DNA of 32,610 nucleotides from Macrostomum lignano (lineage: Eukaryota): contig NIVC01004875.1 of assembly GCA_002269645.1 (NCBI GenBank), forward strand, positions 1 through 32,610. Reading direction: 5' to 3'. Within the stretch, counting starts at the first letter, position 1. Each line of letters begins with the position of its first letter. Both the position numbers and the translations under genes were made by a program. Below, in pieces: positions 1 to 10,090 of this stretch. Below the pieces are notes generated by a model. That model was not told the DNA's origin. It worked only from the letters and a program-made list of their open reading frames with translations, and did no database searches.

Positions 1-101
1 AGTTCTCAAGGACACAAATTAGACAGAAGGATCGGGAATCGAACCCCCGACCTTTAAGTCGTGAGTCCGACGCTACAACCCCCCTGGCACACGCCTTCGG
101 C
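1..101 (-). mobile_element. tRNA-derived SINE 5' fragment (head), cut by the window edge
   Basis: Minus strand reads GCCGAAGGCGTGTGCCAGGGGGTTGTAGCGTCGGACTCACGACTTAAAGGTCGGGGGTTCGATTCCCGATCC. It has a Pol III B-box GGTTCGATTCCC (45-34), a degenerate A-box and no clean acceptor stem. It is followed by TGTGTCCTTGAG, a motif I recall from metazoan SINE bodies. Confidence 0.6.
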
Positions 102-850
102 GAAATCATCGCACAAACCAGCGCCGACGGCTATTCTGCCCATTCCGCAGACATGATAATAAAAAGCGTTCTAAATTTTGTAACTTCGATTTAGCTAAAT
201 ACAAATTTGCTAAAAGCTACAAGTACTGCAACATTTTGTTAAAAAGATCGCTAGACTAAAATGTGCGCTGTTACAAACGAGCAGCAGAATTTAATGCTAA
301 TTTATTCTAGTCAGACATGAGAACGCGACATACAGCTTCAGTTATTAGGCAGTGCGACAGTTAAATTGCTAACCGAAGTTTTTCTAAAAGTATTAGAGTC
401 TGCAATTTGGACAAAAATTATTACCCAACAGGCCAATTATATAGCGCGAGGAAAATTAGCGAACAGCTTGTTGTCGAGTGGTTAGTTATCAACAATTAAA
501 ACGTCAACTGCTAGACTTAAACAGCCTATCGTGAGATGCCTCACACAAAGGACATACTACTAGAGTATAATGCTTAGTAGTATCAAAAATTTGTTCTTTT
601 TTTCTTGCTTTCTATTTGTGCCTTGAATTCACAAATCGTGATCATTTAAAAGCAGTAAACGATTAATTTATGTCTCAGTATCTTTTAATTTAGAACAGTG
701 GTTGGAAAACTCCGGACCGCAAAGCCTCTCTATCCGACCATGGGGTCCTTTGAAACTTCACAATAGCAATCCGGCCCGCTAAAGGTTTGTGGCTATTCTA
801 AGCTCTCTACTCTCTAATTCCTTCTCTCCACTCTCATATTCTCTTCTTCC

Positions 851-1452
851 CTCTCTTATCTGTACCATATCTCTCATCTGCTTCTCTTCTTTCCTCTCTT
901 ATCTGTACGATATCTCTCATCCGCTTCTCTTCTTTCCTCTCGTATCTGTACCATATCTCTCATCTGCTTCTCTTCTTTCCTCTCTTATCTGTACCATATC
1001 TCTCATCTGCTTCTATTCTTTCCTCTCTTATCTGTACCATATCTCTCATCTGCTTCTATTCTTTCCTCTCTTATCTGTACCATATCTCTCATCTGCTTCT
1101 CTTCTTCCCTCTCTTATCTGTACCATATCTCTCATCTGCTTCTCTTCTTTCCTCTCTTATCTGTACCATATCTCTCATCCGCTTCTCTTCTTTCCTCTCG
1201 TATCTGTACCATATCTCTCATCTGCTTCTCTTCTTTCCTCTCTTATCTGTACCATATCTCTCATCTGCTTCTATTCTTTCCTCTCTTATCTGTACCATAT
1301 CTCTCATCTGCTTCTCTTCTTTCCTCTCTTATCTGTACCATATCTCTCATCTGCTTCTCTTCTTTCCTTTCTTATCTGTACCATATCTCTCATCTGCTTC
1401 TCTTCTTTCCTTTCTTATCTGTACCATATCGCTCATCTGCTTCTCTTCTTTC
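851..1452. repeat. 43-nt pyrimidine-rich minisatellite, 14 units
   Basis: Unit CTCTCTTATCTGTACCATATCTCTCATCTGCTTCTCTTCTTTC recurs every 43 nt (851, 894 ... 1410). Variant units recur at 258 nt (6 units). Confidence 0.95.
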
Positions 1453-1589
1453 CTCTCTCTCATTTCATTCTCTTCTCTTGTCTTTCTCTCCTCTCATTTT
1501 TCTCCTCTCCTCTTTCTTCTTTTCACTCCTCTCCATCCTCTTCGATTTCATCCCTCCCTCCGCGATTCTCGGCCACGAGGACCAACCCC

Positions 1590-1657
1590 AAAGGCACAGA
1601 GAGTGTACATGCCTGACGATTGGAAGTCAGGGCCCCTGCGAGAGCATGTGTGTGCTC
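1590..1657 (+). repeat. Partial copy of an interspersed SINE-like repeat, related to 25660-25735
   Basis: AAAGGCACAGAGAGTGTACATGCCTGACGATTGGAAGTCA closely matches AAAGGCCAAGAGAGAGTGTACATGCCTGACGATTAGAAAGTCA at about 25660-25702. Confidence 0.65.
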
Positions 1658-1704
1658 AAAATAAGTACACAGCTTAGATAACTAAACAAAAAACCAGACT
1701 CACC

Positions 1705-2081
1705 GCGCATTCAGCAGAGCCGGTAGCCATATGTTGCTGCTGGTCGCACAGCTGCGAGGACGGCGAGCGGCAGTGCCAGACAACAAGCGGACAGCCTTCT
1801 TGAATACCGCTGCCAACGCCACCGCAGGCGTCCAACAGATCCGAGGTGCTGGTGGCCGCCTGCTGACTACTGGGCAGCACAGTGGAGGTGGCGCGCTCTT
1901 CCCTAGCCGCGGACAACATCAGCTGATCATTGCCGCTAGATGCGCTCTGTCCAACCGAACTACTGACAGTAGCATTAGGAATCAGTTGTTGAACATCTTC
2001 GCAGCTTTGAGCAGAGCGGAGCAACCCACTGGCTTGATGATGATGAGACTGCTGCTGCTGCTGCTGCTGCTGCAGCTCCAT
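1705..2081 (-). CDS. Probable first coding exon of an unidentified gene with a polyQ/His N-terminus (MELQQQQQQQQSHHHQ...); the rest lies further left or outside the window
   Basis: Strong-context GCCATGG at 2081 with an in-frame TAG just upstream. GC-rich coding-like composition. The exon ends at a canonical donor GCG|GTGAGT (1705/1704), and an upstream acceptor TTTTCTACAG| lies at 2154/2153. No recognisable domain. Confidence 0.6.
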
Positions 2082-2802
2082 GGCCAACTAATAATGGACT
2101 TGGCGCTTGGCAGAGTGTCCAATGAAAGACAAGAGCAAAGTTGGCCAGGAAGGCTGTAGAAAAGTGGCAACTTTTAGAGTTTCATTGTAACTCTGGATAC
2201 AGATATGGTTACAGGAGCACATATTTCCATATCTAGTTCCTGCATCTAAGCCACTCAAAAACTTGTAAGACTTGAGACATAAAAGACTATTGGAGCCATT
2301 GAGTTGATTGGTGGGGGTAGAGCAGTGAAAAAGTTTTAGAAATGAATCAATGTTGCTGGTTTCAAAGCTTTTGTGAGGTGAGCTTTTAAGTCCCTAGGGG
2401 CTAGGGCTAAGGACTTAAGCAACAAGGACTTTTGATGCCATATGCCCATTGTACGATAGGGATGGTTGAGACTAATGTTAAAATATGGTTTTTTCACTGT
2501 CAATATGAGGGAAGCTCTTAAATTCATGGGCTTGGGGACTTAAACAGAAGAGATATTCTATCTGATGCCACATACACATTGTACTCGTAGTTGGGATAGT
2601 AAGGGCTCAAGTTAAGATAAATTGACTTTAGTGGTATGCAATAGTAGCCATAGACTTGAAATGGTGACCTGCCTTTCTAAAACTATTCAATTGCTTGTTT
2701 ATTACAATTCTATTACTTTTCTGCTAATATTTGTATGCTTAATATGTATTGTAAATTAAACAAAAAACTTTTGAAAATACTATTTATTACTTTTATACAT
2801 GC

Positions 2803-2954
2803 GCAACCTTAGGAATCACTCAGCTGTTTCTATTGGCGACACACACATGTAAGTTGCTATTGGCTAAGAGCAGTCACGTGACTACTATTTCATCCAATAA
2901 CAACTTACATGTATGTGTTGCCAATAGAAACAGCCAGGTGAATCCCTAGGTTGC
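2803..2954. repeat. 152-bp imperfect palindrome (MITE-like foldback) with a central AGTCACGTGACT
   Basis: Arm 2803-2863 (GCAACCTTAGGAATCACTCAGCTGTTTCTATTGG...CTATTGG) is the near reverse complement of 2894-2954 (CCAATAAC...CCAATAGAAACAGCCAGGTGAATCCCTAGGTTGC). A perfect 12-bp palindrome sits at 2872-2883. Confidence 0.85.
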
Positions 2955-3838
2955 ACCCAAGCATGATTACTTTTTGTGGTTATGACTAAGATTATAATTA
3001 ATCAAGCTACAGTTTATTCAAAGGCCTAAAACAAAAAAAAATCCCATTATTTTCAAAATAAACTTTGTATTGACAACTGTATTTTAATATTTTTTTTCAT
3101 GTATCATTTTCTAATGTAGGCTTTTTGTCTATATTTAATTATCAATAATAGTTTATATTTATTGCATTATGTTATATACTATTCCATGTTTTATATCAAA
3201 TACAATGGACATAGCATATCTTATGTTGCATCTACTCCACACTCCAGATCATGTAATATACACCCAAAAATTTGGGTGTGCATTGGCCTTGCATGCCAAA
3301 ATAAGCATGCATAGTTGGTGTGCATTACTCCTAAGAAAATAGTATGCATGCACACTGCATGGCTGGCATACACTTCATAGAATCATGCGGAAGAGTTATT
3401 GTGTAGTAGAAAAGAAATGAAAAAAGGTTCATTTTTAAGCATAAATTTCAAGTTTTCCAGGTTTTTAAAGCTTGTAATAAAGTATTTAAACAAATCTTTG
3501 CATGTATTGTTTTTTTCATTATGAATATTATCATTGAAAAGGCAAAAAATTAACTAAATTATTTGCCAAAAAGGTTCATTGCACAATTTAGAAAAGGTTT
3601 TTTATTGTCACAATGTAAAAAAAGGTCAATTTTTGTCACAACACCTCATAGTTTTGAGAATAGGCATGCATTCAATTTTTTTGGCATACATTTGTAATTA
3701 TTTGATTTTTGTTTAGGGCCTAGGCATGTACCCAGTATGATCTAATGATCTAGACTATGGCATCTGCTAAGGTAAGATATTAGCCTAGGAATGCTTCTAT
3801 GTAATAGAATTTTCCTAGCAAAAAGATATCATCTAAGG

Positions 3839-4559
3839 TAGTGATGGATCAAAATTCGATTTTGATTTCGATATTCTGAATTTTGAAACCAATTTTGCAT
3901 TGAAATAATTTCGATTTCAATTTTGAATTTAAACACCATTCATCGAAAATCATTTCAAAATTTTGATTATATTTTAACTATTTAGACATTGATGATCATG
4001 CTACACGAGTAAGAAAATCTATAGGAAGTGAAATGAAGTGCAGTTCAAAGTGAGAATTGTCTTTTCTACAAGAAAGGATTGTGCGGGGCACACTGCACAC
4101 ACTGTTCCAGGCCTTGTGCTGCACCCACCTCATCCTCCACAAGCCCACTGGCTGAACTCATCGGCATGGATTTTAATTGGCTAAAGACTTAAAGCCTTAA
4201 TGAAATGGATATAGGCTACTCGTATCTAGATCTTCAGCTTAAACAGCGGTGAAGTATAATACAACTTCTATTATATTTCTATGTGGACGAGTGTATAATA
4301 CATAATACACCAGCATTTTCTATTTCTTATTTTTAAAGTAAGTTAAATCTTAAGTATTCTGGTTTAAACATATCAAAGATACTTTTTATAAAACATGTAA
4401 GCTCATACATGCAGAGGCAAGGTATTAACCTTTTTGCATAGTGAACAAGTAAAAATTTGTTAAGCTCAAAAATTTTGATTTCAATTTCAATTTCGATTCT
4501 AAGGAACCAAAAATTTCGATTTTGATTTTGATTTAAAAAATAATTTTGATCCATCACTA
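3839..4559. mobile_element. Non-autonomous hAT-superfamily DNA transposon (721 bp)
   Basis: Perfect 18-bp TIRs TAGTGATGGATCAAAATT (3839-3856) and AATTTTGATCCATCACTA (4542-4559). 8-bp TSD ATCTAAGG (3831-3838 and 4560-4567). Subterminal TTCGATTTTGATTT-type repeats at both ends; no transposase ORF. Confidence 0.9.
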
Positions 4560-5000
4560 ATCTAAGGTATAGCTATAGTTGAAATAACCTAATAACCATT
4601 AATAACTAATATTATAATAATATATATATGCATCCAATAATTGGCCTATGCCTTTAATTAGGCCCCTATAAAAATAAGTTTGTTTATTTATTGCCATTTA
4701 TTAAAGTAAATGTTTTATTTTCTTTGTCTCTAGAAATTAAAGTAAATCAAAGCTACAAACACAAAGCCATAACCAAAATTACATAAATTCAAATGTGAAT
4801 TTTGAATAAAAAATTTTTCATCTCTAACAAACTTATTTACTACTTGTAATTGTAAAAGTATTTGACCATTTGATTTTTGATTCAAAATTCTTATCAAAAT
4901 GATTTACATTGCCTGCTAAAATTATATATCAAACATCACAATATCATATATATCAACAACCTAAACTTTGAACTCAGGAACTTATGAACCTGAACAAAAA

Positions 5001-6016
5001 GCTGAACTTTGCATGTACTTCGCATACATTTTTCAAAGCTGCATTCAGTTAAAATTAGATAATCTCTAATGTAAGCTAAAGATGCCTTTATAAGGGAGGT
5101 CAGACTTTTTTTAGCAGTCGTTCTATCATTTGCTTGTAGAAAAAATGGCTGTTAAGCCTACTCTTTTATTGGCATTGTATACAATTTCGTCTGCTCTACT
5201 ATTCATTTACATAGCAGCAAAGTTTTACATGTATAACTGCTCTGGAGTCTGGACAGCTGGTCAATACTCAATAGACAATAGGCCTACCGGCTACCTAGGC
5301 TATTGCATAGATAGATGCAACAGATATTTATTAAACCACATTAACTATTTAAAAAGGAACTAAAATCAGCAGTCAAGACACCGTGTTCATGGGTATGACG
5401 AGTATTAGTTCGAGTTTCGAAATCGAGAATTATGTGGATATGGCCTTTGTTCAATTCAAATGGGCATCATCATCATCGGCAACAACAAAGACTGTTAGAT
5501 TTCTCGGAAAAAACAGTAGAATTAAAAGTTTAAGTCCTCTATTTAATTCGAGAGAAGAGGCAATAGAATCGTTTTTTTAAATATATTTTGTGGCTTCAAA
5601 ATATTTAAAGTTGATGCAGCAGTACTATAAATACAATTTATCTAGTCAGTTTGTTTTAACTCGACTTTGTTCTGATATAGCTGGATCAAGATGTAACTTA
5701 GATAAGTTAACATACAGGCCCGTACATCCCCAGTTCAGTTGTAAGACCCTGAGCAACTAAGAAGTAAAAGCAGAAATCAGCAGACGCTATGCATGGAAGT
5801 AGTTTGATTGATCTGCACAAGGTGATTTTTAAAAATAATAACTTGCTGTTTTAACTTCATGCAAGATTCGCTGATCTTTCATGAAAACGTGATTTTTGCG
5901 GCTCGAACAGGCTCATTGCGCATGTACATGTAGCGCTGAACTTTGCGTGTACTTCGCATACATTTTTCAGAGCTGCATTCAGTTAAAATTAGAGAATCTC
6001 TAATTGTAAGCTAAAG
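5001..6016. repeat. Pair of ~82-bp direct repeats (5001-5081 and 5935-6016)
   Basis: GCTGAACTTTGC(A/G)TGTACTTCGCATACATTTTTCA(A/G)AGCTGCATTCAGTTAAAATTAGA(T/G)AATCTCTAAT(T)GTAAGCTAAAG occurs twice with 3 substitutions and 1 indel. Confidence 0.85.
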
Positions 6017-6276
6017 CTACGATCCAAAACTAGCGCTGTGGTTAAATAATTAAAAACACGTAAGCGAAAACAAATGATTGTTTTATACTTCATTTTGTTC
6101 TGTACACACATTTTCGTATTTGTAACTGCGTATTATTAATCTATGAACCAAAGGAATCTATGCACCAGTGAAAATATGCTCCGACATCGCACAAAACTCA
6201 AACAAATTTAGATCAATCAATCATGTTAACAAACGCATGAAGACAATTGAAAATGCGGAAAAAAAGTACTTGCAAT

Positions 6277-9200
6277 TCAGCTAACAGGCGCATCGTTGCG
6301 CAACAGTCGGACGCACCAGTTGCCATTGTCGTAGTAGGCCTCGATCAGTTGGAACAGGCCGCTATCTGTGCACAGCTGGTCTAATTCGCCTTCAACAAAC
6401 AAGTGATAGAAGCGCAATCGTTCGTCTGATCGGCTGCGCCAAGGCACCAGCATGTCGGCAGATTTGAATTCGGAGCCGGGCCGATGAACGCCCAGACCCG
6501 TGCGGGCATCGCGAACCAACTGTTCCCCTCTCTGTCCGGCATCGTCAGACTCCTCTGGCTTCTTTAAGTAGGCCGATGCTTTGCCATTGCGCCGCTGCTC
6601 CATAGCCCACACGTAGATTAGAATCGGCGCGTTAGGCCTGCTGACGCGGGCCAGCTCCTTAATAGCGGCTAACCGGCGCTCCCTAGTACTCAAATGATGC
6701 AATACGGCAATGCACACGGCCGCATCGAATACGGCATTGCGCAATGGTAATTGCAAAGCGTCGGCTTGGAATACCGGCAGGCTGCGGCTAGCGCACACGG
6801 TGCACAGCGCCACGCTGCGATCGCAGACAATAGCTAGCAGATCCCGCCTAGCCAACATGTTCTTGCCGTTGCCGCAGCCGATGTCTAAAAGCAGACAGCC
6901 TGGCGGCAGGTCCGCTAGAAAAGCGGCCACGCGGGGCCAGCGCGAGTGCCGGGTGTCGCTGAAATGATCGGCGATGGAGTCGTACACTGAGTGTACGAAC
7001 TCGCGCTCAAGGCTGGCTGGATCTAGAGCCTGCTGTTGCTGAGTTGGCTGGCTCTCGGCGGGGCTGAGGCTGGAATTGCAGGTACGAGTCATGGCTTAGT
7101 CGTAATGGAATCTCGCAAATCAAGATTGAAATGGGATCAGAGAGCATCAACGTCAATGTGGACATTATTAATTTTTTTTTTAGCATGGCTATATCATCAG
7201 CCTTGAGGTTTGCTCATTATTGAATTTTGATCTGCGACATCCAAGAAATTCAAAACAGGTGTCCATAGTCACCTGGTGTCAACATATTGAAGGCCCAGAA
7301 GCTCTGTCTGGTTGAAGGCGGGTGAGAAACGAAGTCAGAACTGATGCAGACACATGGTCGAAGTGCTGATGAAATTTAGAGACTTGGCAAGGCCGCACTG
7401 AGGTGCAGTGCTGATTGACGCACAGAGGCTGTATTGAATACACTGGCGCTTATGTGAAAATCCAAACTTCCCTTCTAGCAGAATTGTTGAATATTTATCT
7501 AGGCGGTCCGAAAAGCTGGTGACTTGATGGCAGTTTGCAGTTTTAGGGGGCCCCCTACTTTGGTAGTTCTGCGGGCGGAGAAATGGCTTTGCATTCCTAC
7601 TGTGTAGAAAATCCGCGAAAGGATGAAGATAATCAGCCATAGGATGACGATAATCAGCCATAGGATGAAGATAATCAGCCATAGGATGACGATAATCAGC
7701 CATAGGATGAAGATAATCAGCCATAGCATGACGATAATCAGCCATAGGATGAAGATAATCAGCCATAGGATGACGATAATCAGCCATAGGATGAAGATAA
7801 TCAGCCATAGGATGACGATAATCAGCCATAGGATGACGATAATCAGTCATAGGATGACGATAATCAGCCATAGGATGAAGATAATCAGCCATATGATGAC
7901 GATAATCAGTCATAGGATGAAGATAATCAGCCATAGGATGAAGATAATCAGCCATATGATGACGATAATCAGTCATAGGATGAAGATAATCAGCCATATA
8001 ATGACGATAATCAGTCATAGGATGAAGATAATCAGCCATAGGATGAAGATAATCAGCCATATGATGACGATAATCAGCCATAGGATGAAGATAATCAGCC
8101 ATAAGATAAAGATAATCAGCCATAGGATGAAGATAATCAGTCATAGGATGAAGATAATCAGCCATAGGATGAAGATTATCACGCATTGGATTATAAGGCT
8201 ACTAACATTCGGGTAAAGATCACGCAAATTCGGCTTCGGCACAAAAAATATCAGTGGAGGCGAGTTAGCTAACCTAGAAGCACCATCAACGCCTCGATCT
8301 TCGTCGCAGACGTCGCCGAAGCCGCATCTGCACGGCTGGTTGGATTGCCGAGCTTGCCTAAAGGTTAGCGACACCCGTCGACCTCGCTTAACTAAATCGC
8401 AGCCTCCGCTGCTGCTAGCAGAAGCAACCAAGTCAACCTGGCGAGCCGGAATCTCGTGGCGCCAGACTAGGCGCGCTTCTCCAGTCAGCAGCAGAGCGGA
8501 TCGAGGCGGCAGCGCCAGACAGATGGTGGGCCGGCCGGGCCGGGTCAATCTGAAAGCGCAGCCGCTGCCCAGACTGACAGACAGAATTGAATCGCCGAAA
8601 GCGGCGTGCGAGTCCACGTGAGCAGCGATGCCGCCGCCTGGCTCGTAGACGTTGGCAGTCAGCTGGTCGGGCCTGGGCAGCCAGGCCGGCGTCAGTCGAT
8701 CGGCGACGGTCGCGCAGGCGGGGGAAGCGGCCGGTCGGGCAGCGGAGCCAGCCGGTTTCGACCATAGAGAAACTCGTGGCCCCAGTGCACAACGCGGCGA
8801 TTGCGTAGGCGGCCGTCGGCAATGGCGACGTCGCGGTCACCGCTGTCTAGCTCGGCATCGACCAGGGCCAGGAGTTCGGCCTCCTCCGCCAGCGACACGG
8901 CGTCCAGGGTGAGGCTGAGACCGGGCGGCAGCGCGCTGCTGTCGGCTAGATTTGTTGTAGCCACCTTTAAGCACAGATTACGACAATGTTAACGATACCA
9001 TGATATGTTCATAGCTATGGTATAGAAATTAAGAAACCTGCCAAACTAAAGATCTGGGAGGGTGGCACAGCCTAAGGATCTGAAAGTCTGGCGGTGGCCC
9101 AGCAACTGGTGATCTGGGAGGGTGGCGGTGGCACCGCAAGTAAGGATCTGAGAGGGTGTTGATGACCCAGCAACTAAGGATCTGGGAGGCTGGCGGTGGC

Positions 9201-9750
9201 CAAGCCAAGGATCTGAATTCCTGTAATTTTGCGAGCAACTTCAAATGAATCATACCAAATCAATACTAGATTTAAGAATATATTGAGCCTATAAACGCTT
9301 AGACCCACTCACTTCATTAGGATCCGAAGATTGCACCTGTTTGACTGCCAACTCCGGATCAGCAAAGAAGACATACAGAACTGAGCCCGCAGGCATGGAA
9401 TCGGCCAGTTGGTGTAACTGCAAACCAGCGGCAGCCTCTTCTGCTGAGGCGGCATCGTGGAATAGCAGGAAGCAGTGAGACTGGCCAGCTGGTTGGATAA
9501 CTCTGATTAGGCCTGGCAAGCCCAGACTGACTAGGTTGGACTCACCGATGCCATTATGGAGGCCAGCATTGGCCACTAACAAGCAGGCTGTGGGCTCGGC
9601 GCTTAGCACTGTGGAGCCGGCTGCTGAAGCAGCTTGATGCCATTTTCTACTAATTTTGCGTCTCTGCCGAGGGCTCAGCTGTGCAAGTGGACACTGAAGT
9701 CCAGGCAGGCACTGCGGCAGTGGGGGCGCTGGCACAGTTTGATGGCTTGC
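6277..9750 (-). CDS. ALKBH8: tRNA wobble-uridine methyltransferase/dioxygenase ALKBH8 (RRM + AlkB 2OG-Fe(II) + Zn motif + Trm9-like SAM methyltransferase)
   Basis: Exons 9750-9313 (RRM: LLVANAGLHNG), 8964-8274 and 7069-6277. The middle exon has PPGL..., RRVVHWGHEF, PDQLTANVYEPGGGIAAHVDSH (HxD), WRHEI, RRVSLTFR and CRCGFGDVC. The last exon has LEREFVHSVYDSIADHFSDTRHSRWP, DIGCGNGK, IAVLHH and IYVWAMEQ. Introns 9312-8965 (phase 0) and 8273-7070 (phase 2) are GT-AG and phase-compatible. One frameshift occurs at the G5 run 8720-8724. The start codon was not found. Confidence 0.95.
7620..8180. repeat. 21-nt minisatellite (about 26-27 units) in ALKBH8 intron 2
   Basis: Unit AGGATGA(A/C)GATAATCAG(C/T)CAT repeated in tandem. 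The A/C variant alternates over the first units, giving a 42-nt period. Confidence 0.95.
9051..9216. repeat. Degenerate G-rich ~30-nt minisatellite in ALKBH8 intron 1
   Basis: About six units begin with GATCTG, several followed by GGAGGGTGGCGGTGGC-like sequence. Confidence 0.7.
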
Positions 9751-10090
9751 CTGTAAATGTATGGTAGACAATTTCAAATATGAAATTCTAGTACAGTAGC
9801 AAACTGCAATTTAGTTGACATGGGTTTTTAGGCTGGATGCCATTTAATTCAAGTTTCAAATTTGTATCATTCATACTTTAATTTGAAGTATGAGTGTATC
9901 AACAATTTTATAATTATTAGGGTTCTTGGGATGGATTTCAAGAGCAGTTTCTGTACAAATATTAAAATTTTAATTATGGATGTGCACTAAGAAAGGGTAG
10001 CAACATTCTATATTTGGTGGCAGTAGTAAGATATTTTTAGGAAATAAAGCAAAGGACCTAGGTCACTATAGCATGTTCTATATTGATCTA

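Noticed and set aside
1-101. Functional tRNA gene
   Set aside because: A B-box is present but there is no paired acceptor stem or clean cloverleaf; treated as a SINE head.
696-790. CAGTGGTTGGAAAACTCCGGACCGC...TCCGGCCCGC resembles a hAT-family left end
   Set aside because: I could not find a matching right TIR or TSD, so it is not supported as an element.
789-1616. 275-aa hydrophobic ORF
   Set aside because: It is a translation of the 43-nt G-poor minisatellite, which lacks stops by composition.
7335-8216. 283-aa and 197-aa repeat ORFs
   Set aside because: They come from the 21-nt array inside a phase-consistent ALKBH8 intron; no independent evidence of coding.
6277-9777. Three or four separate genes (methyltransferase, AlkB halves, RRM) as the ORF track suggests
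   Set aside because: Splice sites and phases join them into one ALKBH8 with the expected domain order.
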